From contig JANKJI020000004.1 in the NCBI GenBank assembly GCA_024626585.2, positions 169,506,333 through 169,535,790 of the forward strand: 29,458 nt of DNA, written 5' to 3'. Shown one piece after another: positions 9,764 to 21,124 of this stretch (the stretch's first letter is position 1; each line of letters starts with the position of its first letter). The notes below the pieces were generated by a model. That model was not told the origin of the DNA, ran no database searches, and saw only the letters and a list, made by a program, of their open reading frames with translations. The DNA is from Ginkgo biloba (taxonomy: Eukaryota > Plantae > Ginkgophyta). The translations under genes and the position numbers were made by a program.

Positions 9764-10242
9764 TATAGTGTATCAAAAGAGGAACTACTAAATAGTATTC
9801 ATAAATTTAATAATTTTATAATATGAAATGTATTTTTAATTAGATATTATCAAGTATTACAAAATAGAAAGATTATGGAGAATCTTCCACCATAATTGAT
9901 TATCTAATTGGGAGAACCTGCTACCTAATGTAGAATAGGTCTTATTTTTTTTAGAAGAAGGAAATAGAAAATATTGAATATGTGATATGTTCTAATATCC
10001 AAATAAATCAAGAGTGACCTATATATATGTCACAAAGGGTCAAAGTAGGTGTCTCTTTATCGTACCTCTTCATCAAGTGACCCTTCTTTTAATATTATTT
10101 AACTACTAATCATCATTAATTCTTGTTTAATGATAATGAGAGTTGTTATACTAATGAACTAGTAACTAACATTAATTATAGTCATAAAATTATTTATTCT
10201 TGTCTTATACTTAATGATGAGACAAAATTTCTATAGATAACA
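9764..10242 (-). mobile_element. 5' LTR (about 480 bp)
   Basis: Starts TGTTATC at 10242, exactly where the RNase H reading frame is cut, and ends next to the PBS. Positions about 10053-10242 are similar to 24901-25060. Confidence 0.7.
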
Positions 10243-10552
10243 TTTCCACTTAACTAGCTTGTAATCCTCAATCTTAGTCTATGAATGCAAGAATTAGAGA
10301 AACTAGTGATATGAGTGGATAATGTTGTCCTTATCAAGGAGATAATACTTCAAATGACTTAAAACTTGTATTATGGTGTTAATATCCTTGTGATAGGTGT
10401 TATACCTCTATATTGTATTAGTATATAATTTAGAGTGGTAGGTAGCTTGATTTATTAATTGATTAAAAATTACTCCAATGGCATGTCCTAATGCCTAAGA
10501 TTCAATATTAAAAGCTTGTTAAAGGATTGGAATGGTTGAAAATAGTGTAGTA
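10243..10552 (-). mobile_element. Ty3/gypsy RNase H fragment
   Basis: TIPIL*QAFNIES*ALGHAIGVIFNQLINQATYHSKLYTNTI*RYNTYHKDINTIIQVLSHLKYYLLDKDNIIHSYH*FL*FLHS*TKIEDYKLVKW. Compare the Ty3-type RNase H pattern LP.LQQPF.IETDAS.YA.GAVL.Q....VAYHS......RY.TYDKELYA.VQA...WKHYL.GKE..IHTDHQPL..L.SQ.K......KW. Confidence 0.88.
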
Positions 10553-10652
10553 NNNNNNNNNNNNNNNNNNNNNNNNNNNNNNNNNNNNNNNNNNNNNNNN
10601 NNNNNNNNNNNNNNNNNNNNNNNNNNNNNNNNNNNNNNNNNNNNNNNNNNNN

Positions 10653-11060
10653 TTTGTATCAAATTTTAATTCACAACATTTGGTAAAGAAGGAGGAAATA
10701 TATTATAATAATGAGAATGAGAAATAGACATAGTAATAAGAGGAGGTTTTGAATAAGTAACCATTGGTGTTGGTGCTACTATAGATGGTGCACTTAAGGA
10801 GGATAATTGAGCTTGTACATGTTCTATGAGGTTAACAAGATCTATCATCATATTTAGGGTCTCCTTATGCTCTCATTTTATTTACTAAATAAAATATTGC
10901 ATCTATTATACTTGATATTTGAGATTCCCCTTAAGATAATCTCCTAAATACCTACGTTTATCCCTTTTATCTCAGAGGCTAGTTGTACTATAAAGGGATT
11001 ATTTGGAGTCATTGATGTACCGAATTTTTCCTCCTCTAAAACAACATCAATATCCATTTT
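10653..11060 (-). mobile_element. gag N-terminal remnant, same family as 13690-14240
   Basis: MTPNNPFIVQLASEIKG.../GDYLKGNLKYQV**MQYFI**IK*EHKETLNMMIDLVNL, then an S/P/T-rich linker. Aligns with NNPFIIQL...EDFLERTLNDDV at about 14100-14230, which precedes a clear gag core. Confidence 0.5.
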
Positions 11061-11519
11061 GATTCCCAAAGTCTTAGACATAACCCTCATATTTACCATA
11101 AGAATAAAATGAAAATAAAATATGAACAAAGAATGTCAATTTAGACTCCTCACCTAAAGAGCAAACTACTATGATTCTAACTAATGTATCCTTAAAAATA
11201 GATTTACAAAATATAACCCCTAGGAAATTTTATAGGTGCTAAAAAACTTAACTAACACTCAAATAATTACTTCCCATGGTTATCTCACCTAATAAGAGGA
11301 TTTTGAATATCTAGGTAATTTATTCCATCTTCATTTAGGACTATAAATATTATCTTATTCTCAAGAAACTAAAGGTAATAAAAATGTGTGGTGTTTATAG
11401 TATACTTAACATGTTTATTTATTTATAGAATAGATTTCCCTCTCATATTGAGTCATTTATAAAATAATTCATTATTGATTTTTCATGTGCTATGGGTTTT
11501 CTATATTCCCTAAAAAAAA

Positions 11520-13415
11520 TGATTCTTCTACTTTGTATGTGTAGAACTTTGCACATGAATTATTGCTAGGATTTTTACCATGTCTTATAAATCCTACACA
11601 ATCACAAGTTTTACTTATACTTTCTTCAACATAGACTCTAAAAGAAAACATATATATCCTAAAATNNNNNNNNNNNNNNNNNNNNNNNNNNNNNNNNNNN
11701 NNNNNNNNNNNNNNNNNNNNNNNNNNNNNNNNNNNNNNNNNNNNNNNNNNNNNNNNNNNNNNNNNGTGACCATACTGGGGAATGCAATCCATTCTCTAGA
11801 ATTTGCACTTAAAATTATCATTCGTGTGCAAGTTCAATATATGGCTCTATTATTTTCAAGATCTATGCAGGTATTAAGGAAAATCATAAGATGACTTTGT
11901 ATTTGATGGCCATAATATTCCAAGTCATGGGAGATCAACTCTAAAATATTGGTTAGAGTTTTTGAACTTTCTTTACATCATAGAAAGAGAATGTATGGAC
12001 TAAATTATTTACTACCCAAGTTCAAATCAGAGTAGTTTTCTCTTACATGGCCTTATGGTTCTATGCAGTATTGCTCAATAACTACATTCAAGGCTCCTTT
12101 ATAAGGAAAATTCTCCATGAATTTGTAGCCTCATTTTACAAAATTGATAGCTTCAATTTACAACATTGATTTCTTTAATGCTTTACATCAAATATAATCA
12201 TCGTTATTGCCTTGGCAAAGATCTGTGACAAAACTCTTCATCATTGGATTCTACCCAACACAGACTTGTACGTTAGTAATTGTACACCTTATTTTCTATA
12301 GTCACATCCTATCTGCATCTATATCATCATTACTCCTATTAGAATATTCTTCATAGACATTGTTATCACTGCATCATCTTTTTTATCTTTCATAAACAAA
12401 TGAATTTATGTTGTTGAAGCATTACATATCATGGCTGACCAAATTCTTAATCATGAACCAAAATGATGTGTTGATTTTTATTATGCTTATTATACACTCA
12501 AACAGATGATGCATGGGCATTGGTTTCTACATGACATAACTACATTTAGGCTCCAAAAAAAAATGAATTATTCAATAGTCGTGACAACAACGTGAACAAC
12601 TCCTCACTCCATAGCCCACCCAACTGGAATCATTATTCTTGGCACCATTGAGATCACCCAACATTATCATTTTTTTGGTAGTAGTCATCAGACATATATT
12701 GATATTAAGGAAATAATTACCATGATCATAGTCACCATGATGTAGTTCACCTCGAACAGGATTAAAGATGCAATTTTAGATGGTTTTCAGTGTATGTTTA
12801 TTTCCATCTTCAGTACACATAGTCATTCATTGTATAGCCATTGCCAAAATATAATTTCTTATTACCTCACTTATCCATTTTCAAATGACCATTGATATTC
12901 AAACCATATGACTGTATTGATAGATTTTTCACCAACAACATCTTCTCCATGGATCACAATTATATCTTCTCACACAATTATATTTTTATTGCATATTATT
13001 ATTTTGTTAAATCTCTTTTCAGGACTCTAATGGTCTCTTTGCATCGCCATTTTCATTCAACATATTAGCAATCTTTCATTTCATTTGGGCACACATGCCC
13101 AGGAAAATTTCATTCACAATTACATCACCTCTAGATCGTTCATACAAGTCATTTATAATAATCAAATATAGAGAGCATTAGTATTCATTTATAGATGCAA
13201 CTATACAAAGTAAAATGAGAGAGGTACATCTAATACACATTATATTTTATCCATGAGGTCATATCCTACTTATTTTTTAGAGATCATTATCATATAGATC
13301 CATTTATCTTCAAGTGTAAGTCCTGCTTCATCATTCTATAATTTTAGCTTACATTTCCCCGTACATCTCTCAATATCTTGCCATTTTTTCTTCTTCACTA
13401 TACAATCACTTTCCA
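11520..13415 (-). mobile_element. Very decayed Ty1/copia pol (integrase to RT)
   Basis: Only weak motifs, but in copia order: NALYI*L/IIND (ALYF..FIDD), NENG...RPLES (ENE.G..IK.LRSD), MEKMLLVKNLS, GHLKM, CIF, EPK, YKS, KGALN...EP*GHV (GDL.E....QP.G.V), SFYDVKK (SLYGLKQ), ILGYICFLL (DLG...YFLG). Confidence 0.4.
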
Positions 13416-13689
13416 TTTGGGTTTTGGACTTGGGGGCACCGGATCCCTTTATTTACAGATATAAGATNNNNNNNNNNNNNNNNNNNNNNNNNNNNNNNNN
13501 NNNNNNNNNNNNNNNNNNNNNNNNNNNNNNNNNNNNNNNNNNNNNNNNNNNNNNNNNNNNNNNNNNNCATTTTATCTCATCTTATGTTCTCTTTTCTTAT
13601 GTTATGTCATATTTCTCTTGATTTATTTATGTATTCATTTACATTAAGGAATATTTATGCATAAATAACCCCCATATTATATCCTTTGA

Positions 13690-14240
13690 TATGTTTCTAG
13701 TATGTATCATATAATAGAGTGATATTTTACATTAATAATACCTAATAAGAAAAGTACACCTCAATTTCTTGCAACTAAGTTTCCAAGGATTTAGCATCCA
13801 TCTTTCTATCAAACACCTTAATATCTACTCTTGACTCAACCTAAAATGGGTTATGTCCAATAACTAGATATGTTGGTGGACCTATGGAAAGATAAACAAC
13901 ATGCTATAGTATTCTAGGAATTTAAGGTAAAATAGGAGGTGTAGAAGTATTTACCAATGGCTGGTGGAACCACCAAAGAAGATGAAGAACTCAAAGTTGT
14001 CAACTGAGTTTATATCTATAATATGAGATAAATTAATCCTCCTATTTCCTAATGGATCTATTTTAAGTATCAATGGATCTCCTTCTACTTATGTTTCATA
14101 CTTTGAACCAAATTATATGTCTCATCCACATCATCATTAAGGGTTCTCTCTAGAAAATCCTCCAAATCGTTCAATAGATCCTTATCTGTCTCTTCTTTTC
14201 TTAATTGGATAATGAAGGGATTATTTTATGGTGGAAAATA
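13690..14240 (-). mobile_element. gag: Degenerate Ty3/gypsy gag (N-terminus plus start of capsid)
   Basis: FPP*NNPFIIQLRKEETDKDLLNDLEDFLERTLNDDVDETYNLVQSMKHK..., then GHNPF*VESRVDIKVFDRKMDAKSLET*LQEIEVYFS, similar to PFKVEA..DI..(Y/F)DG..DAE.LD.W...LE.YFS. Confidence 0.75.
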
Positions 14241-14373
14241 CTCTCTACTTCCTTTCCTTATTCCTTTCTCTCTATCTATGATTAGTCCTATAGTCCTACT
14301 TATTAATCTAGTGGTGTTGCTTCCAAATCATTCTTTCAGCAACATTGTTAATGGAAAACTTCTATCACCCAAA

Positions 14374-14913
14374 TGATAGGTATATTGCTCTCACCAATAA
14401 ATCTTTATTTATAGAAAATAAGATGAAACCATTAAATATGGTGGATGTAATGTATTTTATCATGAACATATTTCAATGCTAAATTCATAAAATCATGCAG
14501 TACAGAATATAATGCATAATAGAGAGATCTTTATAGAAAGAGATTACATATTATTAATGATTCCTTACTGCCTACTTGATGTTATTGTAGTGAATTAGAT
14601 TATAGAAAATACGTCTATAAGAGTTATAATATGAAGGGTTATGATGTTACAAATTGAAGGGTATTCCTTAATTCCCCTAAATTGAGTCTAATATATTTTC
14701 TTAACAACAGTTATTACAATCCAATGAATAGGGCAAAATATCTAGAAAATAGTGAATAGACTCTAGTGAATGGTGCACAAACTCTAATAAATTGCATACA
14801 TGATACAATGAACAATGCATAGAATATAATAAATAGTACATAGACTCTAGCGAATGACACAGAGACTCTAGAAAATGGTGCATAAGATACAATGAATGGT
14901 GACTTACCTATCA
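14374..14913. mobile_element. Solo LTR (540 bp) with 9-bp terminal inverted repeat
   Basis: Begins TGATAGGTA (14374) and ends TACCTATCA (14913), an exact reverse complement giving TG...CA ends. Flanks CCAAA and ACATA match 3/5 (possible decayed TSD). No adjacent PBS or PPT recognised. Confidence 0.7.
14717..14905. repeat. Degenerate 21-bp minisatellite, 9 units
   Basis: Units in exact 21-nt register: caatccaatgaatagggcaaa / atatctagaaaatagtgaata / gactctagtgaatggtgcaca / aactctaataaattgcataca / tgatacaatgaacaatgcata / gaatataataaatagtacata / gactctagcgaatgacacaga / gactctagaaaatggtgcata / agatacaatgaatggtgactt. Confidence 0.9.
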
Positions 14914-14919
14914 ACATAC

Positions 14920-15299
14920 TACCTAGGGAAAAAATTGATCATCCTTATTCAATCATTTTTTTATCAATTTTCTACACTCTGCCCCCTCAAACATTTACCT
15001 ATCAACTTTTGTTCTTGGATCTTAAAGCATAGAATGGGAATGTCCTATTTAATATCTCTTATAATATATCCATTATTTCTACTATCTACTTCAACTAAAT
15101 CTCAATTTTCCTTTCCTATTTTCTCTTTGCTCCTATTTTTATGATATTTTATCTCAAATTTGCATAGTTTGGCCTACATGTCTTATGAAATATTGTGCCT
15201 ATATTTTTTGAAGAACATATGATATTTTAGGTCTATTTATTTTATATGTTTTATCCATATATCAATTAAATCATAGATAAATTCAATCTTTACTTCCAC
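14920..15299 (-). mobile_element. Possible gypsy accessory-ORF remnant
   Basis: ...KEN*DLVEVDSRNNGYIIRDIK*DIPILCFKIQEQKLIGKCLRGQ resembles the GY.I..I.D....F..Q.L..KL..KC segment I recall from extra ORFs of non-chromovirus gypsy elements. Confidence 0.35.
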
Positions 15300-15789
15300 N
15301 NNNNNNNNNNNNNNNAACCCTATTTTTTTCTTTTCATATTGTATCTGTGAGTGGCTATTCTAGATCCCTTATTTTTTTCATCAAGTCATGAACCAAGATA
15401 TTGATGATATTTACCATGAAGTAAGGTTTCCATAACTCATGATTCTCTAGTTTTTATTCATCCTTAGGTAGTCCATATTCAAACATCTTCCATGTGTCCT
15501 TACAATCAAAATGAATAAATCCTTCCAAAATACCTTTCATCCATGTAGATAATTATAGTAGTTCTTCTAGCATCTAACTTTTCNNNNNNNNNNNNNNNNN
15601 NNNNNNNNNNNNNNNNNNNNNNNNNNNNNNNNNNNNNNNNNNNNNNNNNNNNNNNNNNNNNNNNNNNNNNNNNNNNNNNNNNNNNNNNNNNNNNNNNNNN
15701 NNNNNNNNNNNNNNNNNNNNNNNNNNNNNNNNNNNNNNNNNTCCACCTTCTATCTTTATCCATTGTACTAACAAATACCTTTTCTTGAT

Positions 15790-16458
15790 CCATGTAGTTA
15801 CGATCTCACTTGCAATCATACCACACCCATACAAATTATATAGTGAATGCATGGTTGGAAGAGTCAACATACTTTATGGTATGGGAAATTGGGTATATGG
15901 GAGTATATGTAATAGGATAGAAGAGAAGATGGAAGGCATAAGGAATGATGCTTGGTTCATGGCATTTCATGCAGTGACCAAATTCTTATGGATATGGAGG
16001 AGAATATGGTTTCACTAGTTATACTTCTTCCCTTTGACTATATCTATGATGGATGGGATTACATGATTCGATACATAATTTTGACATTGCAGGATGAATA
16101 ACTTTAGTTCCATCAACTTTACAACTCCATGTGATTTTTCTTCCTTGAGCCCTTCAATTCAAATATTATAAGTAGAGTTGCCTTTGGGTGACTCATAATA
16201 TTCCTGGGCTACTTTCTCCCATATTATTTTTTCTCCCTTTGGTACTGCTAGGGTATTTATGGGTAATTTAGTTATTTGGTGGATAACCTAATCTAAAATT
16301 TCTATCTTTTCAAAATGTTTGGTTATGGTCATAATCGCTTCTAAGAGAAAGTGGTCTTTATAGAACAGAATAGGAAGTAGAAGAAAGGAATGTATTCCTA
16401 CATTTTCCAAAGTTATGTATATTGGGTCATCCTCTTTCATCTCCTATAGCTCATCCCT
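15790..16458 (-). mobile_element. Gypsy accessory (non gag-pol) ORF remnant, 'putative plant transposon protein'/PMD-like
   Basis: DPIYITLENVGIHSFLLLP...KIEILD*VIHQITKLPINTLAVPKG.../VVKLMELKLFILQCQNYVSNHVIPSIIDIVKGKKYN**NHILLHIHKNLVTA*NAMNQASFLMPSIFSSILL. Shows the L...GL..F, I.....I..(I/V)T.LP, G..YNW...L...NL and F..PS pattern. Confidence 0.6.
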
Positions 16459-16500
16459 GAACTCATCTTTGTCATGTTCTCAAAATTTAATTATGGCTAG

Positions 16501-16842
16501 TGTTAGAATTAATTATTTATTTATAATATTTACATGTCAAAATTATTGTAAATAGGGTCATGACCTAATGTCATGAGCCCTATGTCCATTCAAAGGGTTA
16601 AAGAGCCATTAGGGTGAGTCATAGATAGGTCAACACCTTAGTGACAAGTTTTTGAAGTTACTAGATATGTGTCACATCTATAAATGATAGTTATAATTTT
16701 ATAAATATATCAATACAACCTGATGCTATGTACAAAGCTAATGTAAAGTTGATGAATTGAAGGTAGACCAATTCTACCATATTTACATTTTTGTGTTCTT
16801 TTGTAGAGTATTAGATGAATTCTAGTATTCTTATTTTTCACA
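16501..16842 (+). mobile_element. 5' LTR (342 bp)
   Basis: TGTTAG...TTCACA ends, internal TATAAAT boxes (about 16679 and 16700), followed after 2 nt by a Met-tRNA PBS. Confidence 0.8.
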
Positions 16843-16844
16843 TT

Positions 16845-16856
16845 TGGTATCAAAGC
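16845..16856 (+). promoter_or_regulatory. tRNA-Met(i) primer-binding site
   Basis: TGGTATCAAAGC (11/12 to TGGTATCAGAGC) immediately after the LTR-terminal CA plus TT. Confidence 0.85.
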
Positions 16857-18039
16857 TAAGGGAAATCCTTAGCATGTAATGTTGGTTGGTTCATTATGTT
16901 ATGAATTAGGAGAGTGGTTTTATGCTTTAGGTTGTATTATTCAAATTATTGTATAGTGTTAATTGTTGGAAATTCTATATGTTGTTTATAGGTTTTTAGA
17001 AATAATGGTGGATGTGTTTCATATGGTGTTCATAAAGAATTCTTGGTTTAGATAATTCTTGGAGAATTATATATGTTATTACAGATTGTTGAAAATTTAC
17101 ATAAAGAAAATATAAGTTCTTTTGTATTCTTAAGGTGCTAAAAATTTGTTGAAGTTATATGGTTAGTGGAACAACTATGAGGAACTAAAGTATCTTTATG
17201 AGAGATCTTAAGGTCATGGATGATCGCCATAATAGTTGTAAGTGAGTTGGTGGGTGGTCAAAGATATTGATGGCCTATTGGATGTTGTGCAAAGGAGATG
17301 AGACACTTTGAAAATCGTTGTGGGATGGGTGACAAATTAATGTTTCTAGTATGTATGGGATATTATGGTGCACTCAGATAAGAGAAAATAATTCCTAAGA
17401 TTCAACGCTGTGTGGAGCTCGTGGAACACCCTAGTAGAGCTTAGGGAGAAAGGTGGAAAGGACTGTGGGAGATACATGGGAGTTACTAAAAGTTGTAGAG
17501 ACATGAATAACATATCTAAAATGCCATAGACATGGATCTTAGAAGATAAGAGAGCTTGATAAAGATTCCAAATCCAACCCAAAGTTGCAAGAGGTGGATC
17601 TAAATCTAAAAACGATAAAAATTTACACTGTGAAGTGAAATCATTGTTACAACATGCCAAAATGCAAAAAATTAAAAAAAAAAAAATCAAACTTTATTTT
17701 TATTAAATGNNNNNNNNNNNNNNNNNNNNNNNNNNNNNNNNNNNNNNNNNNNNNNNNNNNNNNNNNNNNNNNNNNNNNNNNNNNNNNNNNNNNNNNNNNN
17801 NNNNNNNNNATTTATTGTATGTTATATGTGTCTTGAAATGGTATATATTATGTTTAATATATTTGTATACGTATTTGAACATCTATTTGATATGAATGAA
17901 TCATAAAACCTATTGATAAATCACATCATTAACTCATACTTCAATTTGTATTCGTAGTATTTTGATATTCGAGGGCCTAATGCATCATTATAATGGTCAA
18001 ATAAACCTTTATAAAGATGAATTACATAATATCCATGCT

Positions 18040-18420
18040 TAACCACATTCCCTTTTTAACTTAATATCATATACTAGTATATTATCTTTTAATTTTTTCT
18101 TCAAAATGGTTCCATGTACCAAATAGATGATATCATTAGTATTAGATCCCTATTCTAAATATTATGGAATATATGTTCATTAGTTACTTATGATAAATTT
18201 TAGGTGGGTGATGTTTATTATCCAACAAATAATATATTTTATATTAAAAAATAATTGAAGAAGGCATATGGGGTTGTATATCTTATATACTACCAAATAA
18301 ATATCTACTAGTTGTATTTGATCTAACTATAGAATTATGAGGATAAACACTAGTTATAAATGATCTAATCAATGGCATAAGACTGAAGGAAATCCTTCAA
18401 GATGTATAAGAGGGGATCAA
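18040..18420 (+). mobile_element. Decayed gypsy integrase C-terminus (GPY/F region)
   Basis: KF*VGDV...KK*LKKAYGVVYLI...LI*L*NYED.../NDLINGIRLK, similar to FQVGDLVL...GKL...WLGPY.I...V.L...DG.....VNG.RLK. Confidence 0.5.
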
Positions 18421-20294
18421 TAACCAAGGGGTAAATTATCACTTCACTTCTCTTTGTTCTTTATAACTCTTACTATAATAGATTCTATATATAGATAATA
18501 CATATATTTCCCTATCTATAATAATGTCCTTTATATAAATTGACTCTATATGGATTTGGAGAAAATATGTGATGTTTCCTATAAATATTATGGGTTTTTC
18601 TAAGTACATTATATTTTCTCATAAATCACCATCATGAGTTTTTCTCAAGTCTATATTTTTTTCCTATATATTATTTACACATACCAAATATACACATTCC
18701 CTAATATATTGAATGGATAGAACTTATAAGCCTTCCACCACACCCATTGATGGGGTCTAATTTTTCCCCATCATTGGCTCCATTTTCCCAATATTTTTTT
18801 ATATTTTGAGTCAATTCACCTTAGGATCCTAGATATTTTTGGCATTAATGGGAGAATGGAAGGGAATGAGTGTGATCTTTGATTTTATTAATTTTTTAGG
18901 ATAAATATATGTAGAGAAGGAATAACTTAGCCATTATGAAGGTTACTTTTATATCAAGTGCAATTAAGGTAGCAACGATTGTTGATAAAGGCTACTTGTA
19001 CATCAAGTTTAAGTAAAGTGATGGTGACCATGTATGAAGGCTAATTACACCCTACAAGTAAGTAATGATGGATGGATACATAGGTTCCACATGAATTATT
19101 AGTGTAGCTATAGCATATGAGAGGAGTTGGACATGAAGGCTGAAGTGATGGAGTATAATTTTGGCTTTGCAGTAGTCTTGTAAGNNNNNNNNNNNNNNNN
19201 NNNNNNNNNNNNNNNNNNNNNNNNNNNNNNNNNNNNNNNATAATTATAAGTACCATTTTTGTTAAAAATGTGACTAATATAAATGGTGATTATTTTCACT
19301 ATAGGTGTAGGTAGTTTCCTATTAGTTGATAAAATCTACTTGCAACTAAAGTGCAAGTAAGTTATTATAGATTATGAATCCCATAATTTTCCTAAATAAT
19401 TATATGGATTAGTTATAGGGAAGAGCTATCAATTATCAATGATATTTCTTATGTATAAAATACCTCCTTATGAATAATACAGATTACATAATTTTTCTTC
19501 CTGACTAAAGGCTTATGACTACATTCCTTGTACACTCTGAACCATGATAGAGTTGAGTGGATGGTACCCCACACTAATGCAGAGTGGTAGTAAATTGTCT
19601 CACTATTAGAATAGGATTTCATATTTATTATTTTATTTTCCTAGTGTGAGTTATTTTTTTTAGTAGTGCATGTGTAATATTTCCTTTTCCATAATCTAAT
19701 TAGTTAGAAGTATAGCATTTTCTCTCTTGATTTATTGCTAGATAGAAAGGAAGATATTCCTTGTCATACTTCTAATGTGAGGGATTATGGATTCTATCTC
19801 TCATTTTCCAATTGAANNNNNNNNNNNNNCTTAAGAGAGAATTCATTTTAGCACTATTGCTAAGGACAACAAATGTTTCTCATAGTAGAGTATTTGAAGA
19901 TACAAGCCATATTCTTGGTAGATCTTCTATGTACCTATTTCAAAAGTTTAGAGAGGTACAATTAGTTATTTAAGTAATAGTTATATTTTTCACTTGCATA
20001 TTGGGTGCAAGTGGCCTCATAAGGATACTTACAATAAGGTTGTAAGTATTCAATAAGTGATCCAGTCCTTGCTCGATTTTAACAAAATTCTATATAGGAA
20101 AACCAAGGAGGTGTCTTGAGTATATGAAGTGAATGACCAACCGACTTATATACACTACATGATGATTTTTTTATTTCTAAAATATCAAAGTGAATCCAGA
20201 AGTAATGGAATCATAACTAGCTCCTATAAGGGAAGATAACAACATTGTGATAGATTGCAAAGGCCCCTCAACTATATTTTTTCTCATCAAAATC

Positions 20295-21024
20295 ATGGAG
20301 GAGGTTAGAATTAACGTGATGAAGAATATTCCTTTAACACTTCTTCAATTTTATGGTAAGAGCCAAGAGGACCCTGATGAAGCTTTATTCAAATTGGAAG
20401 TGCTTTTTAGATTCTCAAGGATGCACATAAGTTGAATTTTTTTCCATCCACATTAAAGGGTACAATTATGAGGTGGTTCACAAGCCTAGAAGGGGGTTCC
20501 ATTAGTATGTGGGATGAAATGAAGACTATATTTTTGACAAAGTACCAAGGGTACTGTTAATATGAATGATTTAAAAGGAAAATCTTAAGTCTTATAAAAG
20601 AGGAAGAAAAATCCTTGGAGGATTATATAGAGATACTAAACTATTTGATAAGGAGATGTACAAGGAATAGCCATGATAAATCCACATTGAAGACTATATT
20701 CATATCTAGGTTCTAGCATGATATTTGAATATGGTTGGAGATGCACATAGGTTTGGATGTTTCTAAAATTATCTTGAAATAACTTAAATATATATGTATG
20801 CATTACTCTAGGGAATCTAAGAAATGGGGGAGGAGACCCTCCATGGTTGCCTCAGTAAAGTAATTTTTAAGACATTTATTAGAGAAGATGGAGACAATAA
20901 ATAAGGTTGAGCTCACAAATTTATTGAGATATTTAAAATAATATATCTTATCCTCAATTTCGTAATAATTGACCAATCTTGATTTGAGGATGAGACAAAA
21001 TGAGCTTGCCAACAGTCCAACTAT
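20295..21024 (+). mobile_element. gag: Degenerate Ty3/gypsy gag (Athila-like)
   Basis: MKNIPLTLLQFYGKSQEDPDEALFKLEVLFR/KDAHKLNFFPSTLKGTIMRWFTSLEGGSISMWDEMKTIFLTKYQGYC*...EEEKSLEDYIE...LKTIFI...CMHYSR...INKVELTNLLRYLK*YILSSIS**L, a clear Retrotrans_gag pattern. Confidence 0.92.
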
Positions 21025-21124
21025 NNNNNNNNNNNNNNNNNNNNNNNNNNNNNNNNNNNNNNNNNNNNNNNNNNNNNNNNNNNNNNNNNNNNNNNNNNNN
21101 NNNNNNNNNNNNNNNNNNNNNNNN

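Noticed and set aside
11580-11665. hAT dimerisation-domain fragment (FFNIDSKRK) on the plus strand
   Set aside because: The CERxFS/WS motif is missing, and the minus strand fits the surrounding copia RT remnant better.
12620-12700. LINE endonuclease motif (IMLGDLN) on the minus strand
   Set aside because: It is an isolated word with no other APE motifs at the right spacing, and it falls in the presumed copia integrase-RT linker.
14717-14905. CRISPR-like array
   Set aside because: The units are contiguous degenerate 21-mers with no unique spacers, there are no cas-like genes, and the array lies inside an LTR in eukaryotic DNA.
14701-14917. Heptad-repeat small proteins (ORFs 14701..14892 and 14714..14917)
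   Set aside because: By-products of the 21-bp minisatellite.
15785-16018. Plus-strand 77-aa ORF
   Set aside because: Antisense shadow of the accessory-ORF remnant.
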